Positions 24,042-36,319 of a stretch of DNA of 64,000 nt are shown here, one piece after another; the stretch's first letter is position 1, and each line of letters opens with the position of its first letter. The position numbers and the translations under genes are program-made. The notes beneath the pieces were generated by a model, which was not told where the DNA came from, made no database searches, and saw only the letters and a list, made by a program, of their open reading frames with translations. Origin of the DNA: Octopus bimaculoides (lineage: Eukaryota); assembly GCF_001194135.2 (NCBI RefSeq), contig NC_069007.1:11792483-11856482 (forward strand), given 5' to 3'.

Positions 24042-24859
24042 TTTACATGCAGTGTTCAAATCTGGTGGATTGTCCTGGATCACAGTGTCCCTTGACTCAG
24101 ACAGCATCGATTGCAGACACACCTTGGAGACCGTGTACTCCTCCACTAGTGACGTCAGGGGCAACTGGAACATACCCTGGTTGCCATAATGGGCAACAGA
24201 TGAAAGGCAATTCGAAAGGCCAAGCCACTTCCTTACCATCTTATTGATCTTCCATTCAATTGTCTCAATCCTCATTAGAGAAACTTCACATACAGTTATG
24301 GGCCACAGCAGTCTTGGGAGCAACACAAACTGCATGCACCACACCTTGTACTTCCCTGGCAAACTTGCTTGATCAGTGCTCTTCAGCCCTTTCTCTGCCT
24401 GCTTCTGCAGTTCAACACCATGATGTCTATCTGTGAGGGGAAAACTGTACCATCTTCCCAGACTTTTGACACATTGCACACGAACAGTTGGTATTTGCTC
24501 TCCACCGATGCTGAAAACCAAATTTACGAGCAATCCACCCTTCAGTGGAAGAGATCTGCTCTTCTTCAGCTTCAAGGGTATCCAACTCCAGCTGATCAGT
24601 TCAGACAATCTATGCAACACGTCTCTGGCAACGTTGATATTCTCCTGCACAATGGTGAGATCATCCACATGAACGCCCTCAGTTTTACTTCTCCTTGGTT
24701 GATCCTGTGCTCAGGCTTTAAGCCCCTCAGTATGATCTCCATGACCATCACAAAAAGGATTGGGGAGATGGCACAACCCATTGCAATCCCCTTTTGTAGA
24801 TCAATGTATTCAGTAGTGTACTTTGCAGTAGAGAACCAAAACACGAACTGGTCAAAGTA
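24042..24859 (-). mobile_element. Hero-like (R2-group) non-LTR retrotransposon RT/thumb fragment
   Basis: [38 protein letters not shown](DD)LT..KKSRSL..GGEQIP..VKSLGRWY..LPGKYKVWCMQFVLLPRLLWP..RKWLGL..LQLPLTSL; resemblance to Hero proteins is from memory; a 2-nt insertion splits FMDD. Confidence 0.8.
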
Positions 24860-24887
24860 TATATGTGTGTATGTGTGTGTGTGTGTG

Positions 24888-24954
<67 letters not shown>

Positions 24955-25034
24955 GTATAAATATATGTGTGTGTGTGTATACGTACACACATGCACATAC
25001 ATATGTATACAAACATACATATATATAAATATAG

Positions 25035-25085
<51 letters not shown>

Positions 25086-25108
25086 CATACACATACATNN
25101 NNNNNNNN

Positions 25109-25149
<41 letters not shown>

Positions 25150-25397
25150 GTATATATGTACATATATATACACACACACACAGAGTCAATCTTTCTCCAT
25201 TCGACAACCACAGTGATTAAAACTCTCATACAATTCATTGAACATTTACAATTACCTGAAACCATATAAATTACAAGACAACAATGTGTATCATCTGAAA
25301 TAAAATGATATTGTAGCTGGGTTAGACCAAGACCAATATGGATTGATTGTATAACAACACTGACCTCCCTCCCCACCTCCCCTCCACTACATTATAT

Positions 25398-25725
25398 TTA
25401 CTCATGAACCCCCAAACCACCCAAACTGTATTGATACGAATTGGTTTGACAAGCATTTGATCTATCCCTCGTAGCAGTCTTTCTTGTAGATGAGGTGGGG
25501 GTGGTGTTTCTTATAGATGAGGTGGAGGTAGCGTTTCTCATAGACAAGACTGGGGTGGCATCTCTGATAGACGAGTTCGGGGTGGCGTTTCGCTTAGACA
25601 AGTTGGAGGTGGTGCTTCTCATAGACAAGGTGGATGTGGTGCTTCTCATAGACAAGGTGGTGGTGGTGGTGTTTCTCATAGACACGGTGGGGGTGGTGTT
25701 TCTCATAGATGAGGTGGGGGAGTGG
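25398..25725 (-). CDS. Candidate exon encoding a Ser/Thr-rich 9-aa repeat (mucin-like); alternatively a non-coding 27-bp minisatellite
   Basis: Pyrimidine-rich acceptor CTGCCTTCCGCTTTTTCAATCTCACAG|, then one open frame with 9 units (S/L)SMRNTTPT; stop at 25398-25400. Confidence 0.35.
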
Positions 25726-27589
25726 CTGTGAGATTGAAAAAGCGGAAGGCAGACAAATTGTGATGTTTGATAAAAATTAAAATGGTGTTCAAACTTTTCT
25801 AAACTTGTCCAACATTTTGGTAAAGAAAGCAGAATAAGACAGACGGAAATTTTGTTTTCTCTATAATAAAGGGGAGTGTTGNNNNNNNNNNNNNNNNNNN
25901 NNNNNNNNNNNNNNNNNNNNNNNNNNNNNNNNNNNNNNNNNNNNNNNNNNNNNNNNNNNNNNNNNNNNNNNNNNNNNNNNNNNNNNNNNNNNNNNNNNNN
26001 NNNNNNNNNNNNNNNNNNNNNNNNNNNNNNNNNNNNNNNNNNNNNNNNNNNNNNNNNNNNNNNNNNNNNNNNNNNNNNNNNNNNNNNNNNNNNNNNNNNN
26101 NNNNNNNNNNNNNNNNNNNNNNNNNNNNNNNNNNNNNNNNNNNNNNNNNNNNNNNNNNNNNNNNNNNNNNNNNNNNNNNNNNNNNNNNNNNNNNNNNNNN
26201 NNNNNNNNNNNNNNNNNNNNNNNNNNNNNNNNNNNNNNNNNNNNNNNNNNNNNNNNNNNNNNNNNNNNNNNNNNNNNNNNNNNNNNNNNNNNNNNNNNNN
26301 NNNNNNNNNNNNNNNNNNNNNNNNNNNNNNNNNNNNNNNNNNNNNNNNNNNNNNNNNNNNNNNNNNNNNNNNNNNNNNNNNNNNNNNNNNNNNNNNNNNN
26401 NNNNNNNNNNNNNNNNNNNNNNNNNNNNNNNNNNNNNNNNNNNNNNNNNNNNNNNNNNNNNNNNNNNNNNNNNNNNNNNNNNNNNNNNNNNNNNNNNNNN
26501 NNNNNNNNNNNNNNNNNNNNNNNNNNNNNNNNNNNNNNNNNNNNNNNNNNNNNNNNNNNNNNNNNNNNNNNNNNNNNNNNNNNNNNNNNNNNNNNNNNNN
26601 NNNNNNNNNNNNNNNNNGATGATGATGGCGGGGGTGGTGGTGGTGAAGATGGTGATGAGGATGATTACGATGGTGGTGTGGTGGTGGTGGTGGTGGTGGT
26701 GGTGGTGATGATGACGATGGTGGTGTGGTGGAGGTGATGATGATGATGATGCTGATGATGGTGATGCCAATGGTGGTGGTGGTGGTAATGATGATTGATG
26801 ATGATGACAATGGTAGTGTGGTGGTGGTAGTGGTGATGATGATGGTGATGATGATTTCTAATACACTTTCTATTTTCTTGGTCCATTGCATCAAATTATT
26901 ATTTGAAATCAGAAAAATATTATGCATTTATCCTAAAAGATATTTTATTTTGTCTATGCAATTAACCGATCGTTTTTATGTAGATTTGATACTGAATGCT
27001 TTAGTGCTTTAAAACATTATGCAATTAATCAAATTATGCAATTATCCAGTGTGTAATTACAAAGAATCATCACTTTTCAATTATTTGCATTTAAGTGCAT
27101 TTTAGCTATTTGCATTTGTGTGCATTAGAAACCTTGCATTGAAGACTGCCAAAAATGTGTAGCAAACAGCTTTGCATAACGTATATATATATACATTACA
27201 AGCACGTGCTGTGAGTAATTGCTTAGGGTAGGCAGTTGGTAACGATTATGTAGTAAAACACACAAAAAAAATAAGCAAAACACAGGCATGCAACTGAGTT
27301 GGAGGCTGATTTACTTTTGCCTTTATAGCACGTATAGAAAACGTTGTTGTAGGAATGTACACAGCATGTGTACTGCAGTAGTACAAGCATAGCTTAAATA
27401 CTGCGATTGAAAAGCAGGGGTGAATTATGCCTAACTAATCTACAAAGAAATTTTAATATTTTGCATTTTATGCATCGTAATGAGAGTAACCTTCATAATT
27501 TTGTTGGATTAAGTGCATATTTTGCCATAAAAGGAAGATGTTACTATTGACCTATTTTATTCAGGGTAGGCACATCTCTGATACATCAT

Positions 27590-27870
27590 CATTATCATCC
27601 TCATCATCATCAGCATCATCATTCAGCATCCAGTTTCCATGCCAGCATGGGTTACACGGTTTGACTGAAACTTGTAAGCATTATGGCTGCATCAGGTTCC
27701 AGTCCGATTTGATATGGTTTCTATGGCTGACTGCCCTTCCTAATGCCTACCACTCTAAGAGTGTAACAGGTGCTCTTTACATGCCACCAAAGGTCTCAAT
27801 CATTCATCATTGCCTCCATGAGGCCCAACATTCGAAAGGTGCTTTTTACGTGCCACTGGCATGGGTGCTA
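27590..27870 (-). mobile_element. Family R repeat, degenerate
   Basis: (CAT)n..TTTCCATGCCAGCATGGG..CTGCCCTTCCTAATGCCTACCACTCTAAGAGTGTA. Confidence 0.75.
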
Positions 27871-28099
27871 GTTATATGACATACGCATCAGCCACGACTA
27901 CAATCCCACCTGGCTTCACAGGTCTTCTGAAGCAGATTTATATTAATACACACAAGCGCATACACAAACACACACACACACCTATATACACGCAGGCACA
28001 TACATGCCCACTCATGCACACGCACTCACGCACACAAACACATATACACACATACACACTCACACTCATACACACACACACTCAGAGCATTCACCTCCT

Positions 28100-28925
28100 C
28101 TACTAACTTGGTCACTTAAATAACAGAAGCTATCTACTACCTCTAGCTTGCCCTCCTGGCAGTTGATGGAGTCTATTTTTCTCTACATTTTCATGTTTAT
28201 TGTACCTGTGCATCTTCCACACACAAAAGTTATTTTTCCTGTTAACCTTCCTCTGACATTGCTGCACATCTTATCTCCATAGCTTACAGTGAGTACATCT
28301 TACGTAGTTTCTACCTGCACCTTTTCTACTGATCGAGCAGGGCCATCTACCTGAAGGGATTTGTGAATTGTCCGACTTCCTACTTACTAAGACTTTGGTT
28401 TTTGCTAGGCTAACTCTAAGGCCCTTCAATTCTAGACCTCGCTTCCATACCTGGAACTTCTCTAATTCTGGTAGTGATTCAGCTATAAGAACAAGGTCAT
28501 TAGCATAGAGCTCCTAGGGGCAGCCTGTCTTAAATTCCTCTGTTATTGCCTAGAGGGTTATGATGAACAAGAAGGGGCTTAGGACCAATCCTTGGCAAAC
28601 TCCCGCTTGTATCCTGAATTCTTCCCTGTACTTGTTGCCAACCCCCACCTTACTGACAGCATTGCTGTACATTGCTTCTACAGCTCCCCCCAACCACTTG
28701 TCTATCCCTAATTTCTGCATTGACCACCAGATAAGGGATTGGGGTACTCTGTCAAAGACTTTCTCCAAGTCAACAAAAGTCAAGTACAGAGGTTTATCTT
28801 TGGCTAAGTATTTCTCCTGCAGCTGCCTTACCAGAAATATAGCATCAGTAGTGCTTCTCCCCTGGCACAAAACCAAACTGCATCTCATCTAGACTTAGGT
28901 GCTTCTCCCTGGCACAAACCCAAAC
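28100..28925 (-). mobile_element. RTE-clade LINE reverse transcriptase fragment, defective
   Basis: STTDAIFLVRQLQEKYLAKDKPLYLTFVDLEKVFDRVP..GVCQGLVLSPFLF..ELYANDLVLIAES..GLRVSLAKTKVLV, a Cys-rich insert, then VVDSFCYL; small tandem duplication at the 5' break (28850-28925). Confidence 0.9.
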
Positions 28926-29894
28926 AAAGATATATATATATATATATATANNNNNNNNNNNNNNNNNNNNNNNNNNNNNNNNNNNNNNNNNNNNNNNNNN
29001 NNNNNNNNNNNNNNNNNNNNNNNNNNNNNNNNNNNNNNNNNNNNNNNNNNNNNNNNNNNNNNNNNNNNNNNNNNNNNNNNNNNNNNNNNNNNNNNNNNNN
29101 NNNNNNNNNNNNNNNNNNNNNNNNNNNNNNNNNNNNNNNNNNNNNNNNNNNNNNNNNNNNNNNNNNNNNNNNNNNNNNNNNNNNNNNNNNNNNNNNNNNN
29201 NNNNNNNNNNNNNNNNNNNNNNNNNNNNNNNNNNNNNNNNNNNNNNNNNNNNNNNNNNNNNNNNNNNNNNNNNNNNNNNNNNNNNNNNNNNNNNNNNNNN
29301 NNNNNNNNNNNNNNNNNNNNNNNNNNNNNNNNNNNNNNNNNNNNNNNNNNNNNNNNNNNNNNNNNNNNNNNNNNNNNNNNNNNNNNNNNNNNNNNNNNNN
29401 NNNNNNNNNNNNNNNNNNNNNNNNNNNNNNNNNNNNNNNNNNNNNNNNNNNNNNNNNNNNNNNNNNNNNNNNNNNNNNNNNNNNNNNNNNNNNNNNNNNN
29501 NNNNNNNNNNNNNNNNNNNNNNNNNNNNNNNNNNNNNNNNNNNNNNNNNNNNNNNNNNNNNNNNNNNNNNNNNNNNNNNNNNNNNNNNNNNNNNNNNNNN
29601 NNNNNNNNNNNNNNNNNNNNNNNNNNNNNNNNNNNNNNNNNNNNNNNNNNNNNNNNNNNNNNNNNNNNNNNNNNNNNNNNNNNNNNNNNNNNNNNNNNNN
29701 NNNNNNNNNNNNNNNNNNNNNNNNNNNNNNNNNNNNNNNNNNNNNNNNNNNNNNNNNNNNNNNNNNNNNNNNNNNNNNNNNNNNNNNNNNNNNNNNNNNN
29801 NNNNNNNNNNNNNNNNNNNNNNNNNNNNNNNNNNNNNNNNNNNNNNNNNNNNNNNNNNNNNNNNNNNNNNNNNNNNNNNNNNATATATATATAT

Positions 29895-30295
29895 AGGTGC
29901 AGGAGTGGCTCTGTGGTAAGTAGCTTGCTTACCAACCACATGGTTCTGGGTTCAGTCCCACTGCATGGCACCTTGGGCAAGTGTCTTCTACTATATCCTT
30001 GGGCTGACCAAAGCTTTGTGAGTGGATTTGGTAGACGGAAACTGAAAGAAGCCTGTCGTGTATATATATATATGTTTGTGTGTGTGTATCTGTGTTTGTC
30101 TCCCTACCACCATCTCTTGGCAACTGATATTGGTGTGTTTATGTTCCCGTAACTTAGCGGTTCAGCAAAAGAGACCAACAGAATAAGTACTAGGCTTGCA
30201 AAGAACAAGTCCTGGGGTCGATTTGTTTGACTGAAGGTGGTGCTCCAGCATGGCCACAGTCAAATGAGTGTAACAAGTAAAAGAATAAAAGAATG
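29895..30295 (+). mobile_element. SINE family A, full length
   Basis: GGTGCAGGAGTGGCTCTGTGGTAAGTAGCTTGC..GGGTTCAGTCCC..to AACAAGTAAAAGAATAAAAGA. Confidence 0.9.
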
Positions 30296-30614
30296 TAGGT
30301 TGATAAAGTTATAGAAATGTGGTTAAAGAAAGGCTTATAAACAGTAATATTCAAACAATCATGAATATTAATATTAATTCATTTATATATATTAATATTC
30401 AAACATTTAAATATATTAATATTAAAACATTTGCCTATATTACTATTGAAACATTAAACTCAATTCTTGTGAGGTTTTGGCAAGTTATTTTTACAGAAAT
30501 GATACAGAGTAAAATAATGGCATCGCTTCCTTTCTCTCTGTTCTCTCATTGTTCTTTTCTTTTCACAAGAATTCTACAGAACAGCAGTTCTAACTATCTT
30601 CTAATCTGGTTCTA

Positions 30615-31110
30615 CATTTCTCAGATTGGTGTTCTACAAATGCCATGCTCCATGTTTTGCAAACAAAGCAGAAAAGTGGAAAAATGCAGATCATTTTATA
30701 CATGCAGTAATTTCTTATTCACATGTTCTCATATTACCTCATCCAAAAAGGGACCCCCCCCTTTTTTTTTTTAGATATTTGCATGGACTACTGTCACTCC
30801 ATGTGGAATTTTCATGGAAATTAATGAAAAGAGACATTTGTGTAGACTAGTGCCCTCTATGTTTAAATTACTAAAGAAGTTGAGGACTTCTAGAATGAAA
30901 TTATATTGGACCTTGCTACATCATCAGCCATCTTCTTCTATTCACTGATAACACAATGTCCTCCTACACATAGACATTTGTGTGGACTAGTGCCATCTGT
31001 GTTTAAATTACTTAAGAAGCTGAGGACTTCTAGAATGAAATTATATTGGACCTTGCTACATCGTCAGCCATCTTTTTCTATTCAATGATCACACAATATC
31101 TGGTTCATAT
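30615..31110. repeat. Dispersed element carrying about 2 copies of a 137-bp-type unit
   Basis: Same unit (CTAGAATG.AATTATATTGGAC.TTGCTACATC..CACTGATAACACAATGTCCTC..GACATTTGTGTGGACTAGTGCC) and similar flanks as 43035-44430. Confidence 0.85.
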
Positions 31111-31124
31111 TTTAGTGCTGCAAA

Positions 31125-31625
31125 TATTTCGCTTGCGAAGACCTGTTGAGGCAAGTGAAATCGAAACCGAACTAAATTCAACGACTGGCACCCATGCCAA
31201 CGTCGTCTCCTTCATTGGACACGAAACTCAGCTTGCGAAGACTTATTGGGGCAAGTGAAAGCGAAATCAGGATGGCACCTGTGCCCAGCGTCGCCTTTCT
31301 AGCACTTGTGCCCGTGGCATGTGTAATGGACTTTCGAGCGAGATCGTTGCCAGTGCCCCTGGACTGGCTCTTGTGTGGGTGGCACATAAAATACACCATT
31401 TGAGCGTGGCCGTTGCCAGTACCGCCTGACTGGCCTTCTTGCAGGTGGCACATAAAAGCACCCACTACACTCTCAGAGTGGTCGGCATTAGGAAGGGCAT
31501 CCAGCTGTAGAAACTCTGCCAAATCAGATTGGAGCCTGGTGTAGCCATCTGGTTTCACCAGTCCTCAGTCAAATCGTCCAACCTATGCTAGCATGGAAAG
31601 CGGATGTTAAACGATGATGATGATA
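31125..31625 (+). mobile_element. Family R repeat, long copy
   Basis: GCTTGCGAAGAC sub-repeats at the 5' end; GGAAGGGCATCCAGCTGTAGAAAC; ends GTTAAACGATGATGATGAT. Confidence 0.85.
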
Positions 31626-33202
31626 AATCACATTACCATTTAAACACCCAACACTGCTCCATAAACCCCCGTTGACAGTTCCCTGTCTCATCTGAACTCA
31701 GTGTTCCCAAGGGATAGGACACTACCAGCCCAGTTAAGAGGACCTGATATTAAAGTTTCCTGTTGAGGGAATGTGACCCTGATTTCAAACATATTAGGGA
31801 GTTAACAACAAGGAACTTTGTCATTATAAACTTCCATATGGGACCTACATAAGCCCCTTTTCTAGTTAGTGTGACCCTTTTTGAAGTTCGTTAAATTTTT
31901 CTTGCATATTTTACTACAATGACTCACCTAAATGACGACCTGATGTACTTGAAACAGCAGTAAAGTCCCCAATTCCATCATTAGACAAGGAAGGACTACG
32001 TTTGATAATGTAGTCTTATTGATGCTAACTGGATGATGATGACAAGATGGATGATTATGGCTGGAAAGTCTTTGATAATAGAGCTTAGTCTATCAATACA
32101 GTTAGACATGGTTTCAGGTTCAATTCCAGTCTGTACCATTTTGGGCCAGTGTTTTCTTTGTCTTCTACCTCAGATCACCCTTGGGAGTAACATTTGGTTG
32201 ATGAAAACTTGGATAGGTATACTTATGTCAGAGGCAAGAATTTATGTTGTTGGGTCGTTTACTGAATCTGGGGCCCACTGTAAGAACACCACTACCATTG
32301 CATCCACTATTACCACTTGTTCTTTGGGTGGGTCTTCAATGTTGTCCACTCTGTGCAATTATTCACTCCCACCAGAGGGTCTGAAGTGGATCAGGAACAC
32401 TGATCACCCATCCTCTGATTAAACCATTACAAAACAAAGAGGGGAGAAAATAACCGTTATCACTTTATCTTATAATTAGGGTTTGATGGAGGTTGGGGAG
32501 GGCATTACCCTTGACCGTTTGTGGAACCTAACAAAGCGATGAGAGAAAGTTGGTCAAAATAGAAAGATGTTACCTAAAACACTCAAGTACCAGGTAGTGG
32601 TGTTAAAGGAGATGATGGATTAAGACTATAATCCAGGTAATCCATGGTAGGATTTGAACTTAGAATGTAATGAGAAGTCACAAGTTATGCAAAACATCTC
32701 CGCTGATGCTCTAAAGTTGACCTTGGGTTAAATAATAGCAATATTTGACTTGAACTGAACAGCTACATGAAAGAGCAACCGCTGCTGCTGCTGCAACTGC
32801 TGATGCCAGTGCAGCTGTAGGCACTGAGGTCGCAGAAGCTAGTTAAGCAAAAAACGACTTAAAAGCTCTCTGCTACCCACTTCAGTTTTTGTTGCTTCTA
32901 CAATATTTAGTAATAAAAGACTAATTAGTCAGCTTAATATCCTAGAATTAATGTCAGTGTTTGTTGTCTCTTTGTCATTTCCTGCATTGTCATATGATGT
33001 TTGTTACAATTGCAGCAAGAGGTTAATGAGTGCAATGGCTTAATGCCATGTGGTGCAACACACTTAATAATTCAGAGTCTGTTAGCTCAAGAGAACATCA
33101 TCTAATAATGGATTTCCACCAGTACATTTGTGTAACAGAGATGCTTACATAGAAACATGATGTAAATATACACACACACATACACATTATATATATGTAT
33201 GC

Positions 33203-33233
<31 letters not shown>

Positions 33234-33246
33234 TGTCATGTATACA

Positions 33247-33284
<38 letters not shown>

Positions 33285-34314
33285 TGTACATGTGTTTGTA
33301 TGTATAATATATTATATATATGTATATGGAAGAGTGTGTGTGTATGAAAGCAGGTTGGTGCTTGCAGTTTTGTATGTATGTATATACACGGGTATATCTN
33401 NNNNNNNNNNNNNNNNNNNNNNNNNNNNNNNNNNNNNNNNNNNNNNNNNNNNNNNNNNNNNNNNNNNNNNNNNNNNNNNNNNNNNNNNNNNNNNNNNNNN
33501 NNNNNNNNNNNNNNNNNNNNNNNNNNNNNNNNNNNNNNNNNNNNNNNNNNNNNNNNNNNNNNNNNNNNNNNNNNNNNNNNNNNNNNNNNNNNNNNNNNNN
33601 NNNNNNNNNNNNNNNNNNNNNNNNNNNNNNNNNNNNNNNNNNNNNNNNNNNNNNNNNNNNNNNNNNNNNNNNNNNNNNNNNNNNNNNNNNNNNNNNNNNN
33701 NNNNNNNNNNNNNNNNNNNNNNNNNNNNNNNNNNNNNNNNNNNNNNNNNNNNNNNNNNNNNNNNNNNNNNNNNNNNNNNNNNNNNNNNNNNNNNNNNNNN
33801 NNNNNNNNNNNNNNNNNNNNNNNNNNNNNNNNNNNNNNNNNNNNNNNNNNNNNNNNNNNNNNNNNNNNNNNNNNNNNNNNNNNNNNNNNNNNNNNNNNNN
33901 NNNNNNNNNNNNNNNNNNNNNNNNNNNNNNNNNNNNNNNNNNNNNNNNNNNNNNNNNNNNNNNNNNNNNNNNNNNNNNNNNNNNNNNNNNNNNNNNNNNN
34001 NNNNNNNNNNNNNNNNNNNNNNNNNNNNNNNNNNNNNNNNNNNNNNNNNNNNNNNNNNNNNNNNNNNNNNNNNNNNNNNNNNNNNNNNNNNNNNNNNNNN
34101 NNNNNNNNNNNNNNNNNAGTACTAAGCTTTCAAAGAATAAGTCCTGGGTTGATTTGTTCAACTAAAGGTGGTACTCCAGCATGGCCACAGTGAAATAACT
34201 GATACAAGTAAAAGAATAAAGGAATATCTGCCTATAGTCCCTTGCTTTTAAGTTTTCTATATAGGTTTACTCCCTGAACATTTTTAAATGCTTAAAAAAA
34301 TCAACGTACAAGGT

Positions 34315-34650
34315 GAAGGGTAAAGTACCCCTTCAGTAATAACTGACCATGAGATTGCACCTAGAAAGTTCCCCTCCGAGGCACAAGTCCAGGCAAGGTT
34401 TTTTATGGAAGACCAGCAGTCACCCATGCATAGCAGCCTCCCCTCTCTTCACCACCAATGTTATTGAAGAGAAAGGCAAAGGGACCGGTACAGCGTGGCA
34501 CCAGTGATGTTGCAATTCATTTCTACCACTGAGTGAACTGTAGCAATGTGGAATAAAGTGTTTTGCTCAAGAACCCAACACAGTCTGGTCTGGGAATTGA
34601 ACTCACTACCTCATGATTGTGAGCCCGACGTTCTAGCCACTGATCCATGT
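34315..34650 (-). mobile_element. SINE family C
   Basis: Reverse complement of 15900-16260 (TTGCTCAAGAAC, GGGAATTGAACTCAC, CTAGCCACTGA). Confidence 0.8.
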
Positions 34651-35254
34651 ATCTTAGCGCTTGTTATGATAGTGGGCATGTTTTTCTGCAGAGCCAGTCT
34701 CACTCTCTTTTCCTGGTCTGGTGAGTCATTAGGATGTAGGATTTTTAATGGAGCAATCTTTGCTTAGATGAACGGCAACAGAACTGAAGTTCTGGCTTCG
34801 TTGAGGTGTCTCTGAGTGACATGTTAATTAACCCATAGGCAGAACCCTGACAGGTGCTAGCTATGAGTTAGGATATACCTGGATACAAATAGACAGGTGC
34901 CATGAGTCGGGGTACACTGGGAAACAATGGTTCCACATTCCACAGAACGCTGAAACTCTTGCACTAGGGTTCAGACAAAATACGGGCACAGGAACGATAC
35001 AAATGGCTGTGAGAAAACATGGCCCCATAATTGATTTAGAGCAAAATATCTTTAACAAAAGAAGATATTTTATCCTTTCTCCTTCATACTTTAAGTAGCA
35101 ACATATGAAGCTGGAATAAGGAATATTGCCTGAAGAGCCATGCTCAAGTGAAACAAAATGTTTAGCAATATATATAACAGTGGAATATCCAGCCACTAAT
35201 ATATGTATGTGTTTATATGTATGTATGTATGTATGTATGTGTGTGTATATATAC

Positions 35255-35308
<54 letters not shown>

Positions 35309-36269
35309 ATATATAGATAGATGCACACACACACATACACACATCTAATCTTCCTCTAACATGTCGGTCTTACCTTTACACTTTTGTTGGTCTTCAATTT
35401 ACAGTTTGTCTAGAATTTTTATTTTTGCTCTTTGTTTTGTTTCCTTTTTTTGTTGTTTTTGCTTTTTATTTCATCTTTGTTCATCTAATCTCTTTATTTC
35501 ATTGTCATCACCACCACCATCATCATCCTTTCTAAAATGTTCTTTATTGATGTAATTGGCAATGTTGTTCCAGTTCTCATTGTTATTATTATTATTACAA
35601 TAAACGTAACGATTCTAGTTATCTATTACCATTGTTGTTGTTGTTGTTGTTGTATTATCATTTATAATTTTACTAATGCCGGCAGACTTCTTTCACAACA
35701 CACTTAATAAAGTTGATTAATTTCACCAGCCATTATCGGATTTGCTTCCTCGCCTAGATTCCTGTCTTCTTTTATCTCATTACACTTGTTATACTTCATA
35801 ACGTCTATAAACACACATGCGTATATGTATGTATGTATTTCTGTATGTGTATATATNNNNNNNNNNNNNNNNNNNNNNNNNNNNNNNNNNNNNNNNNNNN
35901 NNNNNNNNNNNNNNNNNNNNNNNNNNNNNNNNNNNNNNNNNNNNNNNNNNNNNNNNNNNNNNNNNNNNNNNNNNNNNNNNNNNNNNNNNNNNNNNNNNNN
36001 NNNNNNNNNNNNNNNNNNNNNNNNNNNNNNNNNNNNNNNNNNNNNNNNNNNNNNNNNNNNNNNNNNNNNNNNNNNNNNNNNNNNNNNNNNNNNNNNNNNN
36101 NNNNNNNNNNNNNNNNNNNNNNNNNNNNNNNNNNNNNNNNNNNNNNNNNNNNNNNNNNNNNNNNNNNNNNNNNNNNNNNNNNNNNNNNNNNNNNNNNNNN
36201 NNNNNNNNNNNNNNNNNNNNNNNNNNNNNNNNNNNNNNNNNNNNNNNNNNNNNNNNNNNNNNNNNNNNN

Positions 36270-36319
<50 letters not shown>

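Noticed and set aside
25225-25290. Second AG|GT juxtaposition on the minus strand (TATGGTTTCAG|GTAATT at 25256/25255)
   Set aside because: Short, purine-interrupted pyrimidine tract and weak donor; far below the 39675 site and expected by chance.
32033-32422. 129-aa ORF
   Set aside because: Overlaps decayed SINE-like sequence (GGTTCAATTCC head, repeat-like 3' part); no recognisable protein.
32740-32850. Poly-Ala / poly-Gln-like stretch (ASATSVPTAALASAVAAAAAVALS on the minus strand)
   Set aside because: Built on a short CTG repeat; acceptors are only moderate and no convincing donor; several frames are equally plausible.
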